Both the position numbers and the translations under genes were made by a program. Shown here piece after piece: positions 37,262 through 47,166 of a DNA stretch of 64,000 bases (positions within the stretch are counted from its first letter, which is position 1; each line of letters starts with the position of its first letter). The notes under the pieces are model-generated. The model ran no database searches. It saw only the letters and a list, made by a program, of their open reading frames with translations, and had not been told where the DNA came from. The stretch is from positions 832,001-896,000 of the forward strand of contig CBDCVK010000010.1 in NCBI GenBank assembly GCA_965223005.1. The letters are read 5' to 3'. This DNA comes from Terriglobia bacterium. Lineage in GTDB: Bacteria; Acidobacteriota; Terriglobia; JAJPHL01; JAPKYU01.

Positions 37262-38602
37262 ATGGATCCGCTTAAAGAAAAAATACGCTCACTAGCCGAG
37301 GCACTACGATCCGGGGCGCTCTCTCATGCGGACTACCGGAAGCAACTGCGGGAGATCTTTGAGAAACAAAATCCCAGGGTCTTCGCATTTCTTGAAGAGC
37401 CGTCCGACCGTTTCGACCGTCTAGGTAGGGAGGCACGGGAATTGGAGGCGCGTTTTCACGACCTCGCGTCGCGCCCGCCGCTCTACGGCATTGCGATCGG
37501 GGTGAAGGACATTTTCGGGGTGGCAGGGATGCCTACCCGGGCGGGGAGCAAGCTCCCGCCGGAGTTGTTTGCCGGGCCGGAAGCCGCCTGTGTGACGGCT
37601 CTCAAAAACGCTGGCGCGCTGATTTTGGGAAAGACCGTCACCACTGAATTCGCCTATTTTGCCGCCGGGCTGACGCGAAACCCATATCAGGTGAACCACA
37701 CGCCGGGCGGCTCGTCGAGCGGCTCGGCAGCGGCGGTCGCGGCCGGAATGTGCCCGCTGGCCTTGGGTTCGCAAACCATCGGCTCTGTCATTCGGCCTGC
37801 TGCTTTTTGCGGGGTGGTGGGTTTCAAGCCGAGCTATGGACGGATTTCGACCGATGGAGTCCTTCCCGTGTCCTCATCGTTCGACACTGTCGGTTTCTTC
37901 ACCTCGGATGTGGAAAGCGCGGAGGTGGCGGCATCCATCCTTGTGGATGGCCTTGTGGATGGATGGTCGCCTGGTTCTTCAACCAGCACGCCGGTCCTGG
38001 GAGTGCCCCAGGGTCCGTATCTGGAACGAACGAGCCAGGAGGGCCTGAAACACTTTCACGAGACCTGCCGGCGGCTTGCAAAGTCCGGAGCGGAGATCAA
38101 AGATTTCCATGCTATGCAGGATCTCGACGACATTGCCGCCCGGCACATCAAACTTATGGCCGCCGAGATGGCCGAGGTGCACCGGGAATGGTTCCCACGC
38201 TACCGGCATCTGTATCATCCCAAAACCGCCGCGATAATCGAGAAAGGGCAAAAGGTCTTGCCGGAGGATTTCAGGGCCGGACTTGCCGGCCGTGAGAAAT
38301 TACGCTCAGAAATCCTGCGCCTGATGGAGCAGCATGGCTTGACGGCGCTAGTGGCTCCCTCGGCAGTGGGCCCCGCCCCCGAGGGGCTCGAGAGCACCGG
38401 CGACCCCATCATGAACCTCCCTTGGACCCACTGTGGGCTCCCGGTAATCAGTCTGCCTTCCGGATTGAGCGGAAACGGCCTGCCGCTTGGCCTTCAAGTT
38501 GTTGGCTGTTGGCAGCAGGATGAAGTCCTACTTCGTCTGGCTGCACGCATTGAGAGAGTCCTTGGGCTGCTGCCTCCGGCACCATCGGGGTTGATGAAAT
38601 GA
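37262..38602 (+). CDS. Amidase signature family enzyme
   Basis: GVKD, GKTVTTEFA, TPGGSSSGSAAAV, GSQTIGSVIRPAAFCG; upstream ATG 37235 also possible. Confidence 0.9.
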   Translation: MDPLKEKIRSLAEALRSGALSHADYRKQLREIFEKQNPRVFAFLEEPSDRFDRLGREARELEARFHDLASRPPLYGIAIGVKDIFGVAGMPTRAGSKLPPELFAGPEAACVTALKNAGALILGKTVTTEFAYFAAGLTRNPYQVNHTPGGSSSGSAAAVAAGMCPLALGSQTIGSVIRPAAFCGVVGFKPSYGRISTDGVLPVSSSFDTVGFFTSDVESAEVAASILVDGLVDGWSPGSSTSTPVLGVPQGPYLERTSQEGLKHFHETCRRLAKSGAEIKDFHAMQDLDDIAARHIKLMAAEMAEVHREWFPRYRHLYHPKTAAIIEKGQKVLPEDFRAGLAGREKLRSEILRLMEQHGLTALVAPSAVGPAPEGLESTGDPIMNLPWTHCGLPVISLPSGLSGNGLPLGLQVVGCWQQDEVLLRLAARIERVLGLLPPAPSGLMK

Positions 38603-38653
38603 AGTAAGGCTCACGAAGCCCTTGCAATTCTCTTGCCGCAGGAGGAGACACGT

Positions 38654-40288
38654 ATGAACGGTGCCCAATTGCTCGCGGATGAGCTGCGAAGGCGAGAGGT
38701 GAGGTTTGTAGCCACCTTATGCGGCCACGTGCTTAGCCCGTTTTATGCGGCTTTGGAACAGGCCGGCCTCAGGTTGGTAGATACCCGCAATGAACAGGCC
38801 GCCGCGTACATCGCCGAGGCTCATGGGCGTTTGAGCCGACGAGTGGGGGTGTGCGCTGTGACCAGCGGCGTGGCACATGCGAACGCGCTGACGGGCGTCG
38901 TCAATGCCCATATGGACGGAGCGCCCATGCTCCTCATCAGTGGAAGTGGCCCTCTTCGAACTCGAGGCATGGGTCACTTTCAGGATCTCGACCAAGTGGC
39001 GCTCGCGGCACCGGTTTGCAAATGGGCCCGGACGGTCGAAATACCAGAGCGTATCCCCCAGATGATCGAAGAAGGCTTCGCGGCTGCCACATCCGGTCGG
39101 CCCGGTCCTGTTCATCTCACACTGCCGCTCGATGTCCAGACCGCGGACGTTGACCTCACTCGGGTGGTTCGCTCACCGAAACGCTCAGTCGCAGTGAGCC
39201 TGAACGCCCCGGGCGACCCGCGGCTAATTGCAGAAGCCGCGAATTGGTTGGGCGAAGCGGCGCGCCCGCTCCTGATTGCGGGCAGCGGTGTTTTCTATGC
39301 GGAGGGGGAAGCAGCACTGGCCGAATTTGTGGAAAGCCACGCCATCCCGGTGGTAACTCCCATTTGGGATCGAGGAGCCATTCCCAAACCCCTCAAGGAA
39401 TTTCTGGGAGTTCTGGGTGCACCAACCGGAGAGGCAGTGCTTCTCCCCGAAGCGGACCTGGTCATTCTTGCGGGAGTGGGATTCGACTATCGGATCGGCT
39501 ACCTCCAGCCTCCAGCCGTGCTGGAAAATGTTCGGGTCATTCGAATTGATGTTGATCCGAATGAGCTTCACAGGGGGGTAGGAGTTCACCTGCCCATCCA
39601 GGGGGACGCACGTACTGTACTAGAGCAACTGCACGAAGAATGCCGGCGACGGCAAATCCCCCCCCACTCAGCCTGGCTGAAAGAAGCTCAGTCGCGCAGA
39701 CGAGAATTTCAAACCCGGTGTGTCGCTGCCCGCGAACGAGACAAAGAGGGTTTGCATGCTCTCGATATCCTTCGCGCACTCCAAACCGTGCTAACCGAAG
39801 ACACTGTCCTACTCGTGGACGGCGGCAGCATCGGACAATGGGCGCACCAGATTCTATGCGATCGGTATCCGGGCCACTGGCTCACGTGCGGGGCAAGCGG
39901 CGTGGTCGGCTATGGGCTCCCGGCCGCCATGGCGGCACGGCTGTTTTTTCCGGACCGTCCCGTTATTCTGCTCTCGGGTGATGGAGCACTCACGTTCACG
40001 ATTGCTGAATCGGAAACAGCTGCGCGGCAGGGTTTGAACTTCGTTGTCCTGCTGGCGGATGACGCCGCTTGGGGGATCACCCTCAGCGAACAGCAGCGTG
40101 CGTTCGGCCGCGGTATGGCCAGTGAACTCGGCCCCATCCGTTTCGACCTGGTGGCGGAAGGCTTCGGGTGCCACGGTGTGCGCATTTCAAGTCGAGAGCA
40201 AATTCAACCGGCACTGCGAGAGGGCCTCGCCCGGAAGCAACCTACCCTGATCCATGTTCCCATCGTCAGGAGCTCGCCAATGGGTTAG
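38654..40288 (+). CDS. Thiamine pyrophosphate-dependent enzyme (acetolactate synthase / 2-hydroxyacyl-CoA lyase-like)
   Basis: RNEQAAAY catalytic Glu, FQDLDQ, GRPGPVHL, GYGLPAAM, GDGA; GGAGGAG RBS before 38654. Confidence 0.85.
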   Translation: MNGAQLLADELRRREVRFVATLCGHVLSPFYAALEQAGLRLVDTRNEQAAAYIAEAHGRLSRRVGVCAVTSGVAHANALTGVVNAHMDGAPMLLISGSGPLRTRGMGHFQDLDQVALAAPVCKWARTVEIPERIPQMIEEGFAAATSGRPGPVHLTLPLDVQTADVDLTRVVRSPKRSVAVSLNAPGDPRLIAEAANWLGEAARPLLIAGSGVFYAEGEAALAEFVESHAIPVVTPIWDRGAIPKPLKEFLGVLGAPTGEAVLLPEADLVILAGVGFDYRIGYLQPPAVLENVRVIRIDVDPNELHRGVGVHLPIQGDARTVLEQLHEECRRRQIPPHSAWLKEAQSRRREFQTRCVAARERDKEGLHALDILRALQTVLTEDTVLLVDGGSIGQWAHQILCDRYPGHWLTCGASGVVGYGLPAAMAARLFFPDRPVILLSGDGALTFTIAESETAARQGLNFVVLLADDAAWGITLSEQQRAFGRGMASELGPIRFDLVAEGFGCHGVRISSREQIQPALREGLARKQPTLIHVPIVRSSPMG

Positions 40289-40398
40289 ATGCCAGCTGCT
40301 TGACAAAACGCTGAGGAGAAAGTGATCTTTCGTCTGCTGACATGGAACTCATTTCCATCGACGTGAGCCTCCCAAGTCAAGTCGCGTGACGCGCGTGT

Positions 40399-41745
40399 TT
40401 AGTTTTCTGAGATGCGATAGAGGTGGTGGCGGCCGCGGAGGTAGATTTCCTTATCCACGATAGCAGGGGAGGCGTCAAAGCCATCATCGAGCTTGTTCGT
40501 CCCCAGCACTTTGAACTCGGGGCCGCGCTCGAGAACGACGGTCGCACCCTCCCGGTCGGTCACGTACACGCGCCCGTCGGCGCCGACGGGTGAAGAATAA
40601 ACATCCCCGATCCCCTCCAGCCGCTTCTGTCGATAGTATTCCTGTCCCGTCCGAGCGTTGAAACAGGAGAGAATCCCGGAATTCCGCTTCAGCAAATAGA
40701 GCGTATCTTTGTACAGAAGCGGGGAGGGGGCGTAGGGTGTATCCTGGTCCAGTTTCCAGGCGATGTTCTTTGAATCGGTGATGTCTCCGGCCGCCCCGTC
40801 CAGACGAATGGCAAGCAGCGCGTTCCCTCGGAACCCGCTGGTGACGAAGACTACGCCGCCGGAGGCCACGGGCGAGGGAATGGCGTTCATCGTCATGCCC
40901 GTGGTCTCCCAGATCAACTTCCCCGTCGCCAGGTCATAGCTGCGCACCCGGTTCGTGGCGCTGGTGACGACTTGCGGCTTCCCTCCGTGCTCCACCACAA
41001 CGGGGGTGGCCCACGACGTTTCTTCCTCCCGGCGGGCTCTCCACAGTTCCTTGCCCGTCTTCTTGTCCAGGGCAATCGTGAAGGACGGTCCTTCGTGATC
41101 CCAGTTCAGAACAATTTTGTCGCCGTAGAGGAACGGGGAACTGCCTTCACCGAAGCCGAGCTTGATGGTCATGTCACCCAGGTCTTTTTCCCAGATCAGG
41201 TTGCCCTCCCAGTCCAGGCAATAAAGGCCGCGGGAGCCGAAATAGGCGTAAACGTGTTCACCGTCGGTGACGGGAGAGTTCGAGGCCCAGGTTCCCGTGG
41301 GATGCGTGCCCTCGTGCGGGAGTTCCTCGCGCAGGGTCCGCTGCCAGAGAACCTTGCCACTCTTCCGGTCAATGGCGAAGATTGCGAACTTTTGCACTTC
41401 GGTCGGCTCAATGCCGCGCATATGGAAGCGACGCCCCCGGGCGGTCTGGGAGCCTTTTTTCGGCGGCACGGCCTTTTTCCCCGTTGAGACGGCCGTGGTC
41501 ACAAAGACACGGTCGCCCCAAACGATGGGCGAGGAAGAACCCTTGCCGGGAATCGCGACCTTCCACTTCACGTTTCGGTCTTCGCTCCATTCGACAGGCG
41601 GATCACCGAACGGCGCCACGCCGGTTGCGTGTGGCCCCCGCCACTGCGGCCAGAAGCGTTCCGGCTCCGTGGAAGCACCCGGCCACCAGCCCATCGCCAA
41701 TCCGGAAATCAGACACAAAATCGGGATCGCAGCTATCCGTCTCAT
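40399..41745 (-). CDS. PQQ-like beta-propeller repeat protein
   Basis: WPQWRGP, GSSSPIVWGD, SPVTDG, GFGEGSSP, YSSPVGADG. Confidence 0.85.
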   Translation of the reverse strand: MRRIAAIPILCLISGLAMGWWPGASTEPERFWPQWRGPHATGVAPFGDPPVEWSEDRNVKWKVAIPGKGSSSPIVWGDRVFVTTAVSTGKKAVPPKKGSQTARGRRFHMRGIEPTEVQKFAIFAIDRKSGKVLWQRTLREELPHEGTHPTGTWASNSPVTDGEHVYAYFGSRGLYCLDWEGNLIWEKDLGDMTIKLGFGEGSSPFLYGDKIVLNWDHEGPSFTIALDKKTGKELWRARREEETSWATPVVVEHGGKPQVVTSATNRVRSYDLATGKLIWETTGMTMNAIPSPVASGGVVFVTSGFRGNALLAIRLDGAAGDITDSKNIAWKLDQDTPYAPSPLLYKDTLYLLKRNSGILSCFNARTGQEYYRQKRLEGIGDVYSSPVGADGRVYVTDREGATVVLERGPEFKVLGTNKLDDGFDASPAIVDKEIYLRGRHHLYRISEN

Positions 41746-41958
41746 GGAATACTCCCATCTCTGATTAGGTGGAATCCCATCCTAAGCCGCACCCGAAGGC
41801 GTGTCAACACTTCTGGGCTGCGGGAGTCGAAGCTGTATGCAAACCGGGGTTTCAAGCTTTTCCTTGACTGCGCTGCTGACGGAGGAGGAAAATTCTGCGA
41901 TCGTTCCATTCAAGTTTTGATACAGACTTACATCTTGAGGCGACAGGAGGATTCAGCG

Positions 41959-42993
41959 ATGCATAGACGGACATTCATGAAGGTAGCTGGGGCCGCGGCT
42001 TCGAGTTTGGCGGTCCAGTCCTCGGCCTTAGCGCGAGATTGGGACGATCCTGCTTCGGTTCGCTATCCCGACCCCGCCGTGGAGGTAATCGACCCGCGCT
42101 TCGCGAAATACAAACTCGGCAACGCCGCCGTCGAGCGCTTGTACACCGGAACGCGGTGGGCGGAGGGTCCTGTTTGGTTCGGCGACGGGCGGTTCCTGCT
42201 CTGGAGTGATATTCCCAACAATCGGATTATGCGCTGGGTCGAGGAGACCGGCGAGGTCAGCGTTTTCCGCAAACCCTCGAACTTCAGTAACGGCAACACT
42301 CGCGACAAGCGAGGACGGCTCATCACCTGCGAGCATGGAGCGCGGCGCGTCACGCGCACCGAGCCTTCTGGCGCCATCACGGTGCTGCTCGAGAGCTTTG
42401 AGGGGAAACGGTTGAACGCGCCAAATGATGCCGTGGTTCATTCGAACGGCGGAGTCTGGTTCACCGACCCCGGCTACGGCAGTCTCTTGCATTACGAGGG
42501 GCACAAGGCGGAATTCGAATTGCCGACATGCGTCTATCACATCGATCCGGACACCGGTAAAGCGAAAGTCGTGACCGAAGAAATCGAAAAACCGAACGGC
42601 CTCTGCTTCTCGCCCGATGAATCCAAGCTCTACGTCGCCGAAACCGGAGCGACGCACAAGCCCGATCATCCGCGCCATGTTCTGGTCTATGATGTTGTGG
42701 ATGGGAAGAGCCTCGCCAACGGCCGAGTGTTTTGTGATATGGCGCCGGGTTTGGCCGACGGCATCCGGTGTGACACTGAGGGGAACCTCTGGTCCAGCGC
42801 GGCCTGGGCTGGCGAGGGCTATGACGGCGTCCATGTCTTCGCGCCGGACGGCAAGCTGATTGGCAAGATCCACCTTCCCGAGGTCTGCTCGAACCTGTGC
42901 TTCGGGGGTGCGAAGCGGAACCGGCTGTTCATGACCGGCAGCCAATCTCTCTACTCCCTCTACGTCGAAACTCAGGGCGCGCAGGTCCCCTGA
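41959..42993 (+). CDS. Tat-exported SMP-30/gluconolactonase family protein
   Basis: RRTFMK Tat motif after AGGAGG; WAEGPVW, SNG, PND, FTDPGYG, PNGLCFSPD, DGIRCD. Confidence 0.9.
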   Translation: MHRRTFMKVAGAAASSLAVQSSALARDWDDPASVRYPDPAVEVIDPRFAKYKLGNAAVERLYTGTRWAEGPVWFGDGRFLLWSDIPNNRIMRWVEETGEVSVFRKPSNFSNGNTRDKRGRLITCEHGARRVTRTEPSGAITVLLESFEGKRLNAPNDAVVHSNGGVWFTDPGYGSLLHYEGHKAEFELPTCVYHIDPDTGKAKVVTEEIEKPNGLCFSPDESKLYVAETGATHKPDHPRHVLVYDVVDGKSLANGRVFCDMAPGLADGIRCDTEGNLWSSAAWAGEGYDGVHVFAPDGKLIGKIHLPEVCSNLCFGGAKRNRLFMTGSQSLYSLYVETQGAQVP

Positions 42994-43063
42994 CAGCGGG
43001 TCGAGCCGAGGGTAGAATAGTCAACCGAGACGGCTAGGGCAGGGGTAACAGGAGGAATGCCGA

Positions 43064-43861
43064 GTGTCCAATCCCTCATCCCAACAACACGCCGGCGGCG
43101 GACCGTCAACCAACGAAGCCCCGGTTCCAGAGCCCTCCTACGCTGAACGCGCACGCACCCTGGTGTACCTCGGTCGCATTGGCAGCCTGTCGACTCTCTC
43201 CCAGAAACGGGCGGGCTGGCCGTTCGGCTCGGTGATGCCCTACGGGTTGGATCAACTCGGGCGTCCTTCCTTTCTCATAAGCACCATGGCCATGCACACC
43301 CAGAATATTCTGGGTGACTCCCGCGCCAGTCTGCTGGTCACCCAGCCCGACGCGAGCGGGGATCCGCTGGGGGCCGCCCGGGTCACGCTTATGGGAAAGA
43401 CTGCAACGGTTCCGGAGGAAGAGCTGCAACAGGTGCGGGACCTCTATCTGGCGCGGTACGAAAACGCCAGGTATTGGGTGGACTTCAAGGACTTCGCCTT
43501 CTACCGAATGGAGGTGGTCGATGTCTACTACGTGGGAGGTTTCGGCGTAATGGGTTGGGTGGGAGCTGATGAATACGCCCGAGGGGAAGCTGATCCGCTG
43601 GCCGACGCCGCCCCGGGAATCATCCGGCACATGAACACTGACCACGCGGACGCCTTGGTTGTCCTGGCGCGAGGCTTTGCCGGGCTAGAAGCGGAGGAAG
43701 CTAGGATGATATCCGTCGATCGCCTAGGCTTTCACTTGCGGTTGAAAACGGAAGACCGCGTGCATGCGGTCCGGATCCCGTTCACCCGGGAAGTGAGAAA
43801 CCCACAGGAAACGAGAACGGTTCTGGTTGAGATGGTACAGGAGGCGAGGCAACGGGTTTGA
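43064..43861 (+). CDS. HugZ-like pyridoxamine-5'-phosphate oxidase family protein with DUF2470
   Basis: PFGSVMPY, ISTMAMHTQN, YYVGGFG, HMNTDH, VDRLG, RIPF. Confidence 0.85.
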   Translation: MSNPSSQQHAGGGPSTNEAPVPEPSYAERARTLVYLGRIGSLSTLSQKRAGWPFGSVMPYGLDQLGRPSFLISTMAMHTQNILGDSRASLLVTQPDASGDPLGAARVTLMGKTATVPEEELQQVRDLYLARYENARYWVDFKDFAFYRMEVVDVYYVGGFGVMGWVGADEYARGEADPLADAAPGIIRHMNTDHADALVVLARGFAGLEAEEARMISVDRLGFHLRLKTEDRVHAVRIPFTREVRNPQETRTVLVEMVQEARQRV

Positions 43862-44001
43862 AGTCACCCCGCCTTACCCCTGGCCAGAACTGCTTACGTC
43901 CCCGGTCCGACCTCCCCTTCCGAGACCCGCTGCGCTGCATGAACTTTGCGGAGTAACGATCGTCCCAATTCCTTTTGCATGGAACTGGTTTTGTGTTCCG
44001 G

Positions 44002-45261
44002 TTACGTGTTCGGTACCGGAGGAACCACTTTTGCGACGACAGCCTTGACGGTCAGGCCCTGTACGACGATAGAAAAGACGACGACGCTATAGGTAATGGC
44101 GAGAATTAACGCCTTCATATCGTTCTCTGGCAGCGAAAAAGCCAGTGCGACGGATATGCCACCCCTCAGGCCACCCCAAACCAACACCGGCACGGCTCCT
44201 TTTGTAAACTTGCCTCGTATAGAGAGCAACAGAATGGGTATCGAGACACTGATCAGCCGAGCTCCTAATGCGATGGGGATGGCCAGTAAGGCAGCTCCAA
44301 GATAGTCAGCGTCAAAGCGCAGCAGCAAGACTTCCAAGCCAATCAGGAGAAACAGGACGGAATTGAGGATCTCGTCAATCAGTTCCCAGAAGTCGAAAAG
44401 GCGGTTACGGGTCGTCTCACTCATCGCAAAACTGGCGCCGTGGTTACCAATGAAAAGACCGGCGACGACAACCGCAATGGGACCACTGACGTGCAGGCGA
44501 AGGGCGATGGCATAGGTAGCCATCACCAAAGCTAGGCTCATGACGACTTCCAGGACGTATTCGTCGATCGCTCTCAGAGCACGGTAGGCAAGGTACCCGG
44601 CCACAATGCCCAACACGACTCCGCCAAGGGCCTCGACGACAAACAATTCAACGACATCGATGGGCCCAACAGTTCCGTGTTCACCGCGAACGGCAATGGC
44701 AAGCACAATCGTAAACACAACGACACCGACCCCATCATTGAACAGCGATTCACCGGCAATTTTCGCTTCCAACGATTTTGGTATCTTGATCGTCTTGAGA
44801 ATTCCCAACACAGCGACCGGATCGGTGGGGCTGATGAGCGAACCGAACACCAAGGCCCAGATGAACGGAATGGGAATGCCGAAGAATTGAAGGACATACC
44901 ACATGGAGGCGCCAATGATGAACGTTGACATCAGCACGCCGACAGTTGCCATCAGAGAGATGGCCCATTTGCGACTAGCCAATTCGGAGAAATCGACATG
45001 AAGGGCTCCGGCGAATAATAGGAAGCTCAACATCCCACGCATGAGGGCTTCGTGGAAATCGATCTGAACCAATGCACCCGATATTGTTGGTCCCACGTGA
45101 ATGGTCGGAACGATCAGATCGACAACAACAATCGTGAGAGACGAGGCCATGGCGATGACAAGGAGCCCAATCGTATGTGGAAGGTGCAGGTAGCGATGAT
45201 TGATGTAGCCGAATACTGCCGATAAGAACAGCAAGATCGCCGAGATATCGAGGAGAGTCAT
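44002..45261 (-). CDS. Na+/H+ antiporter, CPA1 (NhaP) family
   Basis: LLFAGALH, ISPTDPVAV, IAGESLFNDG, WGGLRGGISVALA. Confidence 0.9.
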   Translation of the reverse strand: MTLLDISAILLFLSAVFGYINHRYLHLPHTIGLLVIAMASSLTIVVVDLIVPTIHVGPTISGALVQIDFHEALMRGMLSFLLFAGALHVDFSELASRKWAISLMATVGVLMSTFIIGASMWYVLQFFGIPIPFIWALVFGSLISPTDPVAVLGILKTIKIPKSLEAKIAGESLFNDGVGVVVFTIVLAIAVRGEHGTVGPIDVVELFVVEALGGVVLGIVAGYLAYRALRAIDEYVLEVVMSLALVMATYAIALRLHVSGPIAVVVAGLFIGNHGASFAMSETTRNRLFDFWELIDEILNSVLFLLIGLEVLLLRFDADYLGAALLAIPIALGARLISVSIPILLLSIRGKFTKGAVPVLVWGGLRGGISVALAFSLPENDMKALILAITYSVVVFSIVVQGLTVKAVVAKVVPPVPNT

Positions 45262-45600
45262 CAGTCCCCCTTGGAGCCTAACAATTCAGTTCTACTTGGT
45301 CCTCGTTCGAATACCGTCTCTGAATCCGCAAAATGTTACACCCGCCGAACTCCGGATGAAAGCTCTCCAGCTCTACCAACCCTGCTGCAAGTTGACTTGC
45401 CTGCGAACGGGGCGTAGCATTCGCATGATCGGGCGGCGCATGATTGGCCGGACGATTGAGCAATACCGCGCAATACAGCATTGTCGAGAAGCCTGGAGAG
45501 AGCGGGAGAGGCGAGGTCTATCGTGCCACTGAGGCGCCCGCCATCCTGTCCGCTAGTATGAAATCGCACTCGATAAGCACATTTCCCTAACGGAGGAGCC

Positions 45601-46131
45601 ATGGCTGACCGAGAACCGGGTGTTTACGCAACGTTTGAGACTACGACGGGACGCATCATCTGCCGACTTTTCGAGGAGCATGCGCCCAAGACGGTGGAAA
45701 ACTTCATCGCGCTTGCCGAAGGGCGGCGGGAGTTCCTGGATGACTCCACCGGGGGCAAGGTCACGCGGCCTTTTTATAACAAGCTGAGGTTTCATCGCGT
45801 CCTCCCCGAATTCATGATCCAGGGTGGCTGCCCCCGGGGCGACGGCACGGGCGGACCGGGCTATAAGTTTGAAGATGAATTCCATCCCGACCTGCGACAT
45901 GACCGTCCGGGAATCCTTTCCATGGCCAATTCTGGCCCGAATACGAACGGAAGCCAGTTCTTCATCACCGTGGTGCCGACTCCCTGGCTTGACAGCCGCC
46001 ACACTGTTTTCGGCTGCGTGGTGGAAGGACAAGAAATCGCCAAACGGATTTCCGAGGCCTCCCGTGACGCCCAGGACAGACCTCGCACCCCGGTTGTTTT
46101 GGAATCCGTCAGCATTGAACGGGTGCCGTAG
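45601..46131 (+). CDS. Cyclophilin-type peptidyl-prolyl cis-trans isomerase
   Basis: APKTVENF, FHRV..FMIQGG, LSMANSGPNTNGSQFFIT, WLD.RHTVFG. Confidence 0.95.
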   Translation: MADREPGVYATFETTTGRIICRLFEEHAPKTVENFIALAEGRREFLDDSTGGKVTRPFYNKLRFHRVLPEFMIQGGCPRGDGTGGPGYKFEDEFHPDLRHDRPGILSMANSGPNTNGSQFFITVVPTPWLDSRHTVFGCVVEGQEIAKRISEASRDAQDRPRTPVVLESVSIERVP

Positions 46132-46186
46132 GGGAACGAGTGCCGTAGGGATCGAGGAAGGGTTTGATCAAGCCAGGCAGGGACCC

Positions 46187-47155
46187 TTACTCTGCAATCA
46201 GGAGGTTTTCCGCAAAGGGCCACTCGTGGTCCATCCACTGGTCCACGCAGCGGAAACCGGTTTGCTTGGCGATCTCGGTCACTTCCTGGGCACCGAATTT
46301 GATGCTGCTTTCGGTCCAGATGGTTTCACCGCTTTGAAATGTGACCTGGAAGGCAGCCTTGGGGATGGTGACCCTCTGGCGCACCCGCGAGCGGAGATGC
46401 ATTTCAATCCGACGTTGCCGGGCGTCGTAGCGGACCACGTGCTCAAACCGGTTCAGGTCAAAGTCCGCGTCCAACTCGCGGTTCAGGCGGACGAGCAGGT
46501 TCAGGTTGAAGGCCGCTGTGACGCCGAGTGGGTCGGCATAGGCCAGCTCCAGTTGCGGCACGGGCTTTTCTAGATCCGTTCCCATCAACAACGAATCCCC
46601 GGGCAACAGGGTCCGACGAACCTGCTGCAGGAACTCGAGCGCCGCCGCACGATCGAAGTTGCCGATCGTGCTTCCCAAGAACAACACCAACAGATGGTGT
46701 CCGTCGGCGCGGCGCGCGGCCACCTCCAGCAGGCCGTCGAGATACTCCCGTTCGAGGCCCACAATGCTCACGGACTCAACCTGGCCCAATTCGCGCTGAC
46801 ACATGGCCAGGGCGGCGGCGGAGATCTCGATGGGATAATAAGCGGTATGGCTCCTTCGGGCGAGCGCTTCCAGGATCCAGCGCGTTTTCTTGCCGCTGCC
46901 GCTGCCCAATTCCGCTGCCACCACTGGTGAAGGGAGCCGCTCAACAATCGCCTCGGCGTGGGCGCGGAGCACGCGCTCATCGGCGCGCGTGACGCCATAT
47001 TCCGGCAGCAGGCAGATCACCTCAAACAGCGCGCTGCCTACATCGTCGTACAGGTACTTGGAGGGAAGCTCTTTCTGGCCCGGTTTCGACAGGCCCGCCA
47101 CCACGTCTTGCGCCAGATTGGGTACCGGGTGGGAGCTGATCGCTTCGGTCAACAT
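46187..47155 (-). CDS. egtD: L-histidine N-alpha-methyltransferase
   Basis: KELPSKYLYDDVGSALFE, ELGSGSGKKT, FLGSTIGNF, AYADPLGVTAAFNLN, IEMHL, TESS.KF. Confidence 0.9.
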   Translation of the reverse strand: MLTEAISSHPVPNLAQDVVAGLSKPGQKELPSKYLYDDVGSALFEVICLLPEYGVTRADERVLRAHAEAIVERLPSPVVAAELGSGSGKKTRWILEALARRSHTAYYPIEISAAALAMCQRELGQVESVSIVGLEREYLDGLLEVAARRADGHHLLVLFLGSTIGNFDRAAALEFLQQVRRTLLPGDSLLMGTDLEKPVPQLELAYADPLGVTAAFNLNLLVRLNRELDADFDLNRFEHVVRYDARQRRIEMHLRSRVRQRVTIPKAAFQVTFQSGETIWTESSIKFGAQEVTEIAKQTGFRCVDQWMDHEWPFAENLLIAE

Positions 47156-47166
47156 TTTCCAACCTC

